Assembly (NCBI RefSeq): GCF_009914755.1
Contig: NC_060940.1
Length of the DNA stretch: 64,000 nt
Direction: 5' to 3' (one strand)
DNA from: the human T2T-CHM13v2.0 reference genome, Homo sapiens
The notes under the pieces were generated by a model. It saw only the letters and a program-made list of their open reading frames with translations, had not been told where the DNA came from and made no database searches. Position numbers and translations under genes: made by a program. Shown here one piece after another: positions 25,226 through 39,076 of the stretch (position 1 is its first letter; each line of letters starts with the position of its first letter).

Positions 25226-27594
25226 TTGACATTTCCTCTAGTTGTTGAATAACAGAGATGAGTCAGTGGCCAACTAACCTCTCACTATCTGTCCGCCTTA
25301 ATTGCAGGCTTTCGTGGCTTCAACAATCCAGCTTAGCTACACCATGTTAGTTCCTCACGTCACAATTAGTATACCTGAATAAAATCACGCATTAAAAAAA
25401 TCCTACCCCCAATTATGATCCTGCAAGCTAGAAGTTGGACAGTAGTCTTATTTGTCTTTGGATCGTAGAGCTTAGCAAAGCTCATGCCACATGATGGACA
25501 ACTAGTAAAACCAATTTCAAAGTGCTTCCTGTTTACAGTTATATTCTCCACTTATTCAGAACATCCACCTTGCAAAATGCTTGTCTATCACAGTATAAAA
25601 ATAGCTAACAGTTATTGTGCATGTATTTTTTGTAGACATTCTACTAATAATTTAATCCTCAAAACCACCCATTTATTAGAGAGAAAACTGGGTCTTAGAA
25701 ACATTAAGCAATTTGTTCAGTACCACACCCTTAGTATGCATTAAACCTAGGATATAAACTCAATATTAACAAATTTAACATTAAGAGCAACAGTTTAGTG
25801 GGACTGTTTATGCTGTTTTGCTGGCTCTAAAGCACCAGGTATAATGTCCACATGGTGGTGATAGCTAAGGTACAGGTTCTTTTGAGTTATCTGCTGCTCT
25901 GTGGCTAATGATAACTCAAACCTCCCCCTCACCTGTCTTGATCTGCAGCTCTCTGGAATGTTCTTTTTGTTGCAACTTCATTTGCTATATTTGGGGTGAG
26001 CATACTGTCCATGTATTTGGTCAATATTCTTTTCACATTGACCCATGGTTGAAGTAGTAGTACTGGAAGCCAGCAGGATTTTAAACTCAAACTTAAACAC
26101 ATATAGTGAAATAGTGTGGCAGGAGTTAATGACAAATGATGGTTGTGTAACTTTAAACCATTATTAAAGGAGAAAAAGTAATAAACTTAATGGATAAACA
26201 TTCTTGTAGATAATCAGAAAATAACCAAAGAATGGGTTGGGCATGAGTACCTTATGGGAATGTATTTGATCAAATTGGCTTTTATACCTCAATTACACCA
26301 TAGTCATGCTCACATTTTCCACCTGTTCATAGCATTGGCATTGCAATATATTTATTAAAATGTGATATTATATAGCCATCATTTATTAAAGTTAATATGT
26401 GTCAGAGACTGTAAAGAATAAGCATCTTCTGATTTGTTCCTAGTAATGTAGGGAAGCAGGCACATGAATATTGCCATTTCATGCAGGAGTCAGAGGAGAA
26501 AAGCAGAATTATCTACTGAATAAGACATACAGCTTGCTCTGGGTGGCATGGCAAAGAAATAGCTAGGACTACTGGCTTTCCCTGCCCTCAGAAGGAAGGG
26601 CTGTAGTTGCTATCATCACAAGTATCCTGTTGCAAGAGTTTGTCTGCAACTCCCTTAAGTAGCACAGACCCAAGATCAGATTGGATTTTCCCCAGACACA
26701 AAAGACTGTTCTCCCGAAATCCCTATTAAAAGGAAAAGTGGTGTTGGGGAGTGGGTAGGGTTTCTTTACTGAATCACAGCCACAGGACATTCATCCATGC
26801 CCAACAAAGTAGGTTTCCCCTGAGCTTGAGGAAGGCCTGAAGGATTGCATGCAACTGGCCATCCTCCCCTGTCTGTGCCTCCTCATCTGCACCAAATTAA
26901 CGTGACTCAGGTGCGCTTCGCCTGAGCCATTCACTCAAGTGTAGCACACCTCGCAGACTGCTTCATCTCTTCTGACATAGAAGAAGGTGAACTTAAGAGA
27001 AATTGGTAACTTCTGCAGAACTACACAACCCGTGTTAGATCTAGGATTTAAAATCAGCTGTCTCATTTTCCTAAGCCAGTGCCCTTGATAACTATGTGAA
27101 TCATACATGTATTGAGCCTTTAACCATTTATTGGTACTTGCCAAAAAGAACTAGGTATGGGGTATAGGGAGATATTCTAAAGTCATAAATATTTTCTTAA
27201 TAAAGACAGGCATGTGCAATGTTAGAAAAATTATATGAACTAGGTATAAAATATTGTAGAAGGAGTATAGGGTGTGAGGGATAAAGTGATTGATAAATTG
27301 TGGTTAGTATAAGAAAGTTTATAGCAGTAGATTTTGAAACAAAGTTGCAGATATTTTCACATGGGAGACTGAAAGGATGGTCCAAATAGGAAAAGTGCTG
27401 TACCCCAGTCAAGCACAGGAAAGAGGATTGCTGGAATGATTATTTTAGTACAGTCATTCAGACTGAAATTAGGGCTATGGGTTAGAGGGTGAAATCTGGA
27501 GGCAGCAACTCATTAGAAGGCTTTCACTCTTGTTTGGACAAGTGATGGTAGAACCCCAAGCTAGAGGAACAGCAATCAGTAAAGGGGGAGGAAG

Positions 27595-27901
<307 letters not shown>

Positions 27902-30437
27902 TCAAAATATTCTTAGGATATTGAATCAAGATATCTTGGTCATTGTATGTGAGGGAACACTGAGTTATCAAATTTGCTTTTTTTCTTTCCTCCGTTGATC
28001 CTTTTTTTTTCCTTCAAATTTGAACAACTGTCTGGAAGGGGCTGTCATTTACTAAGATGGGAAATGAGACAATAAATAGATTGTGGAAGGAAACAAGAGA
28101 TAATTAATCCTGTTTTTGACACATTGAGTTCAAGGGCCTTTGATATATGGAAGATTGGAACTCCAAGCCCTCTGAGTTGAAGATGTAGAATTAAAACCTA
28201 TATAAATATCATTATTGTTAGTAAATCATAAAGTATTCTACTTATTGTACTACAGTTAATAACAAATGCGTGAAGTGCTATGTTTGAACGACTACTCATG
28301 TCTTGAAAAATGGGAATGCATTTCCGTCATAATAAAAGCAGCTCCTTTGTACTATTTTTTAGGTGGAATAAATATTTTTATACCAGGCTCCCCTTGTGCC
28401 TAATACATGTTTGCTGAAGTCATAGATGCAAGCCTATCCTGTGATTATTACAGGAAAATGGCTATTGTGAAAACCACACATAAATTGCCGTTTACCCCAA
28501 CAAGTTAGGGCAGTAACTTGTTATGAAGGAACATCAAGTGAATGGAAAATCCATATCAAAGAGCATGTTCTACTTTTATGTCAGTAAACTTGAAGTTGTT
28601 TCCTGAGTAATGAGAGAAGTAGAGGCTAAATTTTATGGGATCAAAGAGAAACTATAAATTTCCAATATCTTGGCCATAGCAGCAGTGATCCTGTTTGCAG
28701 ATCTGGAGAAGAAATGTATAGAAGTAAATTACTGGTGGGAGAAAGAAAGAAAAAGAAAAGAAAATGTTTGATGCTACAGAAACAATACTACATGTCTGAA
28801 AGAGAAGTAAACAATGGTGAACAAAGGAAAATAAATGGGTGAAAGTGAATATATCTGCAATGTCCTTAGGAAGCAGCAATTAAACCATAGGAGATAATGT
28901 TCTTTAATTGTGGATGAATTGCTGAGGCAGTTGTCCTTAGTGTAAATTCTAATTTCCTTTTCTCTAGTTACTGTATAAACATCCTCATTTTGCAGCCTAT
29001 GATCATCTCTTCCTCATCCCCAACAGAATAAGAACATCCAACTGTCAAGCCATACTCAACTAATTTGTTTCTTTGGCTAGCCATGATTTTATGATTTTTC
29101 TAGCCTTAGGGTTTCTGCATGATGCCTAGGGCAATCACCACGTACCCACCAGCCTTCATTTCTCTATTTGGATAACTCTCTTACTCATTCTTCTTTTCTC
29201 AGCATAGAAATCTCTGCTTCTGACAACTTCTCTAATACCCCACATTCAAATCTGGGAATGTTTCCACCCACTTGTAGAACAGCTTTTCTTCTCCCAATCA
29301 TGACATGCCCACGTTATACTGGGTTGCAACCAGACATTCTTTTTTTGTTATTAGTCTTCTGGATAAAGACTAATAACAACAATGAAGAATGAATGAATGG
29401 GGGCAAGCTTAGTAAGCCTCAGGAATGCTTTCTCCATCATTCTAGTGTTCAACTTGTTAAAGATCAGGAATAAAGGTTAGCCTACCAGGAGAACTGAGGG
29501 AGAAGATTGGACATGATGAGCAAATGTACAGATGTGTTAAACCATTGTGTTTAATTGCTTCAATGCATACAGTTGAAGAGAAAATTATGGATCATATTTA
29601 ATAAATTAAACATCAATCATTTTAAAACATATTAACTTGCACATAATAGGAATGTATACTTTATTATTTAAAAAAATTCCAATTTTTTTACATAATAAAC
29701 TATAAAGTTGGAATTATAACCATCAGCAGATTTAAGTTTAGAAAACATATAAAGAGGACAATTTAAAAAGTACTGTAAAAGCACAGACATTTACCTGGGT
29801 GAGGAAAACAAAACATTGAAAGACAGCTAGATAATAGTCTCTGTCTATTCAGGATGCTAATCTCTCATACCACCTGTCTGGTTAGGGGGAAGAATGAAAA
29901 GCAACAAATTGGTTAGATTTACTAAAATGATAGTTATAATTGAGTTCAATACCTATTTATTGAGCAACTCCCACATGCTAACTGCTAAAAGCTGGAGTAA
30001 GGTGAATTAGATAGTTCTTACACTCAGATTATCTATCAGCTAATATAGTAGCTGAGAAATACTGTTTTATGTCAAAGTTTGAAAAGAAGATAGACTCTGA
30101 TTGGCCTAAAATCAAAGAGTATAAATTCTCTAATTCTTTGCAAAATTTATAATTTTAAGTTTGATGACAAGTGGAGTGTATTAGGGTTCTCTAGAAAGAC
30201 AGAACTAATATATATATGTGTGTGTGTGTTCTGTATATATATGCACACACACATATATAGAAATTTATATATACAAAGGGATATATATCTAATAAGATAC
30301 ATTTGTATAATTAAAATATATATATTTATAAATATATATACTAGAAATATTGAAATATCGAATATATATAAAGGGGAGTTTATTAAGTATTATTAAGTAG
30401 TTTACTGAGTATTAAGTATTATCGTTAAGTAGTTATT

Positions 30438-33060
30438 AAGGTCTCTCCAAATAAGATTATGACACAAAGCCACAAAGCTGGAGAGTTTGATATACCCCTG
30501 AGGTAGGACAGTAAAGGTATATTGCTGGCATTGCCAGCTGAAAGCAAATTGTTTCTGGTGAGCCTTATGGACAGGAATGGAGAAAAAGGCATTTGCCAAG
30601 TCAATGGCTGCACACCAGGTACCAGGAGATGTGTTAATTGGAGCAGGCAATGAAACCACATCTAGTACAACAGTTGCAATTGCAATCACCACTTGATTAA
30701 GCTTACAATAATCCGCTGTCATTTTCCAAGATCCATCTGTCTTCTGCAGAGGCCAAATGGGAGAGTTGAATGGGGATGTGGTGGGAATCACCACCCCTGC
30801 ATCTTTCAAGTCTTTGATGTTGGCACTAATCTCTGCAGCCCCTCCAGGGATGTGATATTGTTTTTCATTTACTATTTTTCTTGGTAGAGGCAGCTCTAAG
30901 GGCTTCCATTTGGCCTTTCCCACCATAATAGCCCTCAACCTCCCAGCCAGGAAGCCAATGTGGAGGTTCCGCCAGCTGCTAAGTATGTCTGTGCCAATTA
31001 TGCATCCTGGCACTGGGGAAATGACCACAGGATGAGTCTGGAGACGCACTGGACCTACTATAAGTCACACTTGAGCTAGAACTCCATTAATCACCTGACC
31101 TCCATAAGCCCCTACTTTAACTGGAGCACCACAATGATGTTTTAGGTCCCCTAAAATCAACGTCAACTCAGAGACAGTGTCCAGTGGTCCCTGAAGTGCC
31201 TGATTATTTTCCTTTCCCCAGTGCACAGTTACCCTGGTAAAAGGCTGAATGTCTCCTCGGGGAAGGATAGGAGAAAGATTAACAGCATACATTGTCAGTA
31301 GGGTAGTAGGGTCCTTCCTCAAAGGGACCTGGCCTCCCCTTCATTCAAGGGGTTCTGGGTCTGTAAACTGGCTCAAGTCTGGAAGTTGACTGAAGGGCTG
31401 TGATTCTCTGTTTTTATAATTCAAATGAGTCTTTTGTCAATTCAACCTAGAAGTTTTCTACTTACATAAATTAAGCAGGAGTGCAGTAGGCTTCCTATCA
31501 GTTTTACTTCTAGGAACACTGTGATTAATTAGCCAATGCCAGAGCTCTATACAAGTCAGACTATTGTGATTGCTGTTTTGCCTCTGCTGTCCATTACAGT
31601 AGCTACGCCTGCCTTGCCTTTGATGTTTGAGTGCCACCACTTGGTTCCTGCCACCTCAGGATCCAGTTATTCCCATTTTATTTAAATTTTGTCGTTGAGT
31701 GACTGTGGTTCCCACTGTTAGATCTGACATACAGGGAAGAGCAATTGTAGGGCTCTTCAAAGATGCAGATGCTGCCCTCACAAATCTGTTTTGCAAGGTG
31801 TTGGTCAAGGGTATATCTTCTGGACCCTCCCAGCTGGGATGAGTAGGTCTAAAGTGACTAATCTACTCCACCATCCCCATCTCCCTAAGCCTTTGGATTC
31901 CTTTCTCTACATTAACCCAAGGGACATCAGGCTTCCAGCTCGCTCACAGTGGGCCATCTTTTAATCCTTATTTCAGCTAACTAAGCAAATAAGCTGTTAG
32001 AACCTTTTTTAAAACTCCCTAAGCTGCAACGTTAAATGCAGAATACCTACTTAGTGGGCTGAAATCAATAAATTCAGCCTGATCTAATTCTATGTTTCTT
32101 CCACCATTATCCCACACCCTTAATATCCATTCCCATCCCTGTTCTCCAGATTTCTCTTCATATAAATTAGAAAACTCAAGAAGTTCTTTTCAAGTGTAGT
32201 GCACCTCCTCATGGGTCACACTCTGAATGTCACCTCTAGGGGCCCGCCAGGACTTTAGTCTAGTTATAGGTATAGAACAAACAGGGGTGTTGGGGTTGGT
32301 TCCTCAGGAGAATCAACATTATCTCTCCTGGCAACTGCCTCAGGGGAGGCCATCACTGTTGTCTCAGGCAGCGCAGGGTTTATCTCCTCAGACAAAGGTG
32401 GAAAGAATGATGGCAGTGTGGGTCAGGGAGGGGATGATGCCGCTACTGGGGATGGGAAAGCTGTTTCTTCTGGCAAGAAAGGTTCATCAGAGTTTACAAG
32501 GTCAGTGTCCCCAGCTTCATCAGGGTCCTCCCGCACATCCCCATTCCAAGTTGCAAGGTTCCATTCTTTTCCAATCAATGCCTTCATTTTAACAGTAGAC
32601 ATGGCAAGGCTGTGCATCCACCTTTCCTTGCAGTTCAGCCACTCACATGATAAGAGCTCATGTCTGATTTTCCACAATTTCAGCTTTCTCTAAAGGAGAT
32701 AAGACTCTGACTCGGGTCAGTCTTAGAAGATTTGAGACCCACTATCTGCTTCTGAAGCCAGGAGACAGAATCCCTGAGTTCATCATTTTCTTTCATCACT
32801 TTGTCCAGTGAACTGAGGAGCAACCAACTAGCTTCATTATGTTCCTTGGTTCTCCACATATGGTCAAAGGTATTATGTATAGAGTCACTAAACTCCTTAC
32901 CTCTCACAAGTGGTAAATCAGGAGTGTCCAATGCATTAATTTTGCCTAACTCTCTAAACAGTTCATGCCAAGGACTATCAGTGTTCTCCATACTATTAGA
33001 AGTAGAGTCCTTAGCATTTTTGGGTCTAATCATATTAAGCAGCCAACTCCAGAAACCCCA
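30438..33060 (-). pseudogene. HERVL gag / protease / N-terminal reverse transcriptase, disrupted
   Basis: ORFs 32680..33033 and 32423..32677 (ERVL gag), 31065..31322 (LDT protease site) and 30402..31049 (SPFNSPIWP..DLANAFFSIP..FTVLPQGY RT motifs). Truncated before the YxDD motif. Confidence 0.9.
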
Positions 33061-33100
33061 AAACAGCTAAAGAACTCCATCCTTAATATTCTGTTCCTGT

Positions 33101-33119
33101 AGAACCACTCCTGGTACCA
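33101..33119 (-). other. Retroviral primer-binding site (tRNA-Leu type)
   Basis: Minus strand reads TGGTACCAGGAGTGGTTCT, a few bases 3' of the 5' LTR's terminal CA. Confidence 0.75.
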
Positions 33120-33124
33120 AAATC

Positions 33125-33574
33125 TGTATTAGTCAGTATTAATCTGACTAATACAGAATATCTATCTATCTATCTATCTATCTGTCTATCTAGGAGTTTA
33201 TTAAGGAGTATTAATTCACATGATCACAAGGTCCTACAATAGGCCATCTGCAAGCTGAGGAGCAAGGAAGCTAGTCCACGTTTCAAAGCTGAAGAACTTG
33301 GAGTCTGATGTTTGAGGGCAGGAAGCATCCAGCATGGGAGGAAGATGTAGGCGGGGAGGCTAAGCCAGTCCAGCGTTTTCGTGTTTTTCTGCCTGCTTTA
33401 TATTTGCTGGCAGCTGATTAGTTGGTGCCCACCCAGATTAAGGGTGGGTCTGCCTTCCCCAGCCCACTGACTGAAATGTTAATCTCCTTTGGCAACACCC
33501 TCACAGACACACCCAGGATCAATACTTTGCATACTTCAGTCCAATCAAGTTGAGACTCAGTATTAATCATTACA
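33125..33574 (-). promoter_or_regulatory. HERVL 5' LTR (MLT2A1-like), oriented antisense to CNTNAP4
   Basis: Matches recalled MLT2A1 (ggcaacaccctcacagacacacccagg; cacatgatcacaaggtcc). Minus-strand TATAAA at 33397-33402. Internal (TCTA)n at about 33160-33191. Promoter activity not shown. Confidence 0.8.
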
Positions 33575-33659
33575 TGGAGTTATATTAAAATTAAAATAAG
33601 ATTAGCTATTAAGATACTAGAAAATAAGGAAACTATGAAAACCTATCAGGGTCATGGCA

Positions 33660-34030
33660 AAAGAATTCAGCATCAGTTGAAGAGGCTCTCACTGACCAAA
33701 AGTGAAAATGTTTTAGTATCAAAAAGGATAGTAACTGCTAAGTTTTGCAACAAATTAAGTATGTTTGAATGAATGGGTTCATGATAATAATAATTGAAAA
33801 AGCCCCATTGATCACCTATGAGAGACATAAAGACCCAACTCCTTATTTTGAAAACTAATGAACGAATAGAGGAAACACGAACCATATCTTAATTTTCCTG
33901 TATAACTTGAACCTCCAGGTAACCAGATAGAAGAGAGGAGTATCTCTTTAATTAAATATTTTAGGTAATAAATAAAAATGAATAATAGAATTAGAAAATG
34001 TCTATTTGGCAGCACTAAATAAATGACTGG
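33660..34030 (+). mobile_element. L1MC-type 3' region fragment
   Basis: ctcactgaccaaaagtg..ccaactccttattttgaaaact..atagaattagaaaat. Confidence 0.55.
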
Positions 34031-34849
34031 TTCAAGCTAACTATGACGGTTCACAACAAGGGAGAAGATCAGTTTTTCAGTATCAGTCATGGCGTTGTAG
34101 CTTTTATTGGACTAAGCTGCTGTCCATAAAATTATAAGTGTTAAATAAAATATATTTTAAAAGCCTGCTTCAGAGTTCTGAAGTTTAAGGTATTAATAAA
34201 ATGAAAGAAACTGGAGCAGAATTGATTCTTGGAATAAGGGAAGTAAACTTTGGGAAATCCACATTTATCTTGCTTTTACCAAAGGACCAGCAGAAAATAG
34301 CTAGATTTTACTAGGAAGTGGGGACAGAGGTCAGATTTCAAGTTGCCAGAGAGGCTAGAAATTGAGTAGGGAATATTTAGAAGAAGATCAGAGAGCAAGG
34401 GTCCGTGCTCCTGCAGACACATTTCCCTCAGATCCTTGGCCAGTTCTTGTAACTCACATGCTCAAGGTGAAATGCCAAGCAGCCCTAGAGAAAGCACGAG
34501 AAAGAGGTTTAAAAGTCTAAAGATTTCAGTATCTACGTAGGGCTGGAAGGGGACCACCTTTGGAGTTCAAGTCCTGCCAATTTAGAGGAATTTGTTAAAC
34601 ACCTTGGAGTTTTACTGAAATGCCACAAGGTAATCTGTCACAGGAATAGAGATGTTTTTTAAAAAGGGAAGAAAGAAATCCCACAAGAGTATTGCCTTGG
34701 GAGTAAAGACTGTACCTGAGGACATATTGTTATATCCTAGAGCTAAGGACAAAACCAAAATAGACTTATCCAACAAAACTTGAAACTAAGGCTTCACAGG
34801 GTCTAGGTGATCAGCCAGTAATTCACCTCCCTGTGGACCACTGCCATTT

Positions 34850-35405
34850 ACTTCCCGCCAGTGCCATCCAGCTCGCCACTGTCTCTCCTACACTCCTAAC
34901 AGGCCTCATCCCTCCCATACCCACACTCTCCCTTTTCCCACTTCCTCCTTCTTTCCTGGCCGCTGCTGACATATAGGGTTACCTACTCAGCTTAAATAGC
35001 ACTTCCTTAGAGATATTGTTTCTGAACACCAAACAAATTTAAATCTCCGTGTTCAAAACTCTCCTGTAACCCTGTCCTTTCATTCCATGCTTTGGAACTT
35101 GTACATTTGTCTGTACATGTGTACATTTGTACAATTACAACTTGTAAATATGTACAATTACATATCTTTACTACTTTACTATATTTTTAAATAGACCAAT
35201 TGTAATTGTACATATTTACCAACTTGTAAATGTACATATTTACATTATAATGTGTAATATGTCTGTACACACAGGAGGATTTGCCTGCTCTCTTCCTTCG
35301 GGATGGAGCATCCTTGAGGCCAGGTGTGTTCACTGTAGCAACAGCAGCTCCCACCGTAGCACTTGACACAGCATTCAATAACTATTGGTTAAATGGCTGA
35401 ATTAA
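34850..35405 (+). mobile_element. L2 3' end, interrupted by a low-complexity patch
   Basis: cagcttaaatagcacttccttagaga...tccttgaggccagg..cattcaataactattggttaaatggctgaa. Confidence 0.6.
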
Positions 35406-38161
35406 AAAAAATCTGATTATCCATGATGTAAATTGTATCATAAATACATAAAAATCACAAATGTATTACATTCATACAGCAGTAGTTGATCAAAAGAGAG
35501 ATAACTTTGAGATAAACGTGATTTCAAGTGTTGTTATTATTAAAATCATAACAGTATACAAAATAATGTTGAGGCATTTTGATATTTCCATTTGATCCCT
35601 CTAGCATCTTTGTGTAGTATGAGAGGCTGGAATTTTTCAGTACATAGCCAAATAAGGAAACTGAGAATCAACATTTAGGTGACTTCTGTGACATTGCAAA
35701 AGTTGCAAATGAATATTAGAGCCAAAAATGCAACTTATATCCTCCGGTGATGCATTCAAGTGTCCTTGACATAGTGGATATTACTAATTTCAAATCTGTT
35801 TAAAAGATTAATTTACATTGACAAAAATTAAGTGAGAATGATCATGTTTTTTCCCATAACCTGCTGGTGTGTTGTTACTGACCTTAACTTGGTCTATTTA
35901 AAAAGATAATAAGGGCACCTTTTCCCTGTGGTTATATATAGCACTTGATCTCTGTGCCTTCTTCCTTTTTATTGTATTAATTTTAGTTGTTTTAAACTTA
36001 AGAGTCCTTAAATCATTCTGTGTTCTGTTATGCTACCATGCAAAAATAGTATAATCTATTTCCTGTTGATTTCTTGAGTACTTGGTCTCTCTTCTCCATT
36101 GCTTTAAAAAACCAGTTCAGTAATGCAGGTCTCAAGTGCCTATCTATCATGATGCTACTTTAATATTTCACTATATAATAGTTAAACAGCGACTCAGTCT
36201 GATTTGTGTTTCTTAGAAGTCAAAATTGGACCTCTGTTTGTTTAGTAATTCATGGGCAATAACTTTCAAATAAATAAACAGTATGATCAGTGTTTAAGGC
36301 TGACTTCATTTTTAACTAAGAAGAGTTTGGTCTATACCCCTTTCCAGTTGATGAAATAGCTATATATTTTTTTTCTCTGATCTTTGACGGGAACATTCTA
36401 GTTCTATTTACATTTTGGGGAGATTCCTAAAGAATTAATAAAAGACTCTAGTGTCTTTTTCAATCACTCTTTCATGACCTTCAAATACAGTTAATTTTCT
36501 ATTATTTAAAAATTGATTTTCTAATTTACACATTTTCTATTCCAATTTTTCTCTTTTAAGTTTTTAGTCATCTGACCTCAGCAAAAATTCCATGATTCAT
36601 AGTTTCACTCACAGAATCAATTTATCCCGAAAACATCTTCAAGGGACAAATCTCTACCACCTCCACAATTATCGGCAAGTACCACCCACAGTATAAATAA
36701 ATAAAACATTCATTTCCATGGTACAATTCATTTCCAGGTACAATTCAATATGCAATGGGGTTATTTATTTTCAGAGAATAGGTTTATGGAACCTACTTGT
36801 TCTTCCTATCAAACAACCCTCATGCTGCCATCTGCCTCAGAATCATTTAGGGACCTGTATTCCTGTTCCAGGTTAGAATTCCAGAGATCCTAATTTGGTG
36901 AACATTAGGCCAAGCCCAGGAAGTAGAATGTTGAATGTTTATGGAGATCCCAAGGGATTCTTTTCCATTGGTTCCAATATAACTGGACCATAGAGCTCAG
37001 TTCATGATCTTGAATATTTTTCTTAGTAATTCACTTGGGGGTGAGGAGGACATTGCTTTTTCAAGTGACAACCCCTCAAAATTTGAGAAGCCTCAAACTT
37101 CTGGAGAAGGGCTAGGATGCAGGGGTGGGGAGAAGATACCAGGAAAACTGGAATATATTGCCATGAGGGGTGTGTGTGTATGTGAAATATGCAGTGGTAG
37201 AAAAAGTTTGCTGCTCAAGAAGGTAAAGCGTTTTTACAATTTAGTTGAGACCCTTCTTAGAGGCTACAGCGGATCAACTCCCTCTCCTGCATGTCTTAGA
37301 AATCATTCAATACCCAGCCGTGATACAAAAGCGGAACTCTGAAGACAGGCATGAATAATTGCATCTCAGGGTTGTGTGTCTTCCCCAATTGACTATAAGC
37401 TCTTTCAAAAAAACAAAAAGTGTTCTTTGTTTTTATGCATCACTGTGTCTTCCACGGTATTCACAGAAAGCTCTCCATAAATACATGCTGCAGGAAAAAA
37501 GGCAGAAGACACATTTCAAGAATACTACATCTGACACAACTCCCTGAAAGATATTTGAATATTTTCTATTGCAAAGCTCTTAATTCCATGGCAGATTGTA
37601 TTTCTGAATTGTGTAAATAAAGCAAGCTATACCTACGGGCACAGGGAGAATTGATATGAGAGTAGGGCGTACAATCTTTTTGAGTCTCTTCTTTCCTCGA
37701 TTCTTGCTGTAAATGTGAAGATTTGAGATGGAGGTATTCACTGAGGGGGAATCAGGTCACCAGCAATTGCTGTGGTAAGTCAGCTTGGGTAGGAGCTGAC
37801 AGACACAGAAAAAGCCACAGAACCCACAGATGGCTTGAAATCATCCTTGCTGCATAACCTGGCAATGACATTGATAATTAAGGGTTTCTTATGTACTTCA
37901 GCAATTCATTATTATTTAAAGAGTCACAAATACGCCAAATGTACTTATTAAACTATTTTTTGCTATGCACCTTTTCCTGCCCAATATTCTAACAATAAAT
38001 CCTAGTGCTAGCATTAGTAGTTAATATTCATTTATTGCTAATTGTGTGTCAGCTTCTAAAAACTAGGCAGATAAGCATGCATACAACAATCCTAAGAAGA
38101 CTATACTATTATTCTCATTTTACAAATGAGACAACAGGGACAAAGAGGTTAAGTAACTCAC

Positions 38162-39076
38162 TGTGATAAAGAGGATAATACCTCCCTAATATCTTAGTCC
38201 CTGAAACCTGTAAATATGTTGTGTTACCATGGCAAAAGCGCTTTGCAGATGTCATTAACTTAGGGATCTTACAATGGGGAGATTATTTTGGTTTATCCAG
38301 GCGGACCTGATGTAATCACAAGGGTCCTTATAAAAGGGAAGTAGGAGGCAGGGAGGGAGAGAGGGAAAGAAAGGAAGATTTGAAGATGCTGTGACACTGG
38401 TCACATGAAGGAAGAGGCCACGAGCCAAGTGGTCTCTAAAAGGTAGAAAAGACAAAGAAATGAATTATTTTTTAGAGACTTTAGAAGGAAAAAGCTCCTG
38501 CCAACACCTTGATTTTAGGACTTCTGAATTCTAGAATTGTAAGATAATAAATTTGTGATATATTAAGAGACTATGTTTGTGGTTATTTGTTTTACAACAA
38601 TAATAGGAAGCTGTCTGAATCCTTTTATGTTGCTATAACAGAATATCTGAGGCTGGGTAATTTATTAAAAATAGAGGTTTATTTAGCTTATGGTTCTGCA
38701 GGCTGGGAAGTTCAAGAAGCATGGTGCTAACATCTGCTGGGCTTCTGGTGAGGGCTTTTGCAGGGTCAAAACAGTGGAGAAGGTCAAAAGGGATGTGGAA
38801 AAGTGCAAAAAGGCAAAACCTGAGGGGTGTCTTGCTTTATAGCAACACACTCTTGCAAGAACAAATCCATTCTCATGAGAACTAATCAGTCTCATGAGAG
38901 AAGGGATTCACTCACTACCCTGAGAACAGCCACAAACCATTCATAAGGGATCTGCCTCATGGTTCAAACCCTTTCCACTGGGCCACAACTCCCAGCACTG
39001 CCACACTGGGGAACAAATTTCAATATGAGTTTTGGTGGAGACAAACCACATCCATACCATGGCAGAAAATAATATA
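38162..39076 (+). mobile_element. MaLR LTR (MLT1C/D-like) inserted in a MIR and interrupted near its end by an MST LTR
   Basis: ggcaaaag..ctttgcagatgt..gtaatcacaagggtccttataa..gccaacaccttgattttag; terminal taata(t)a resumes after 39069. Confidence 0.8.
38612..39064 (-). mobile_element. MaLR LTR (MSTB-like)
   Basis: TG..CA ends; gttgctataacagaata.ctgaggctgggtaatttat...aaatttcaatatgagttttggtgg. Confidence 0.85.

Larger units (their letters stand above)
30177..33574 (-). mobile_element. HERVL provirus with MLT2A1-type LTRs, internally deleted
   Basis: Perfect TGGAG TSD (30172-30176 and 33575-33579). 5' LTR at 33125-33574, PBS, gag-pro and 5' pol, then only the terminal stub of the 3' LTR (30177-30392). 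Confidence 0.93.

Noticed and set aside
30402-31049. 215-aa RT-like ORF as a functional reverse transcriptase or novel RT system
   Set aside because: It is a HERVL pro/pol remnant cut before YxDD, with disrupted upstream frames.
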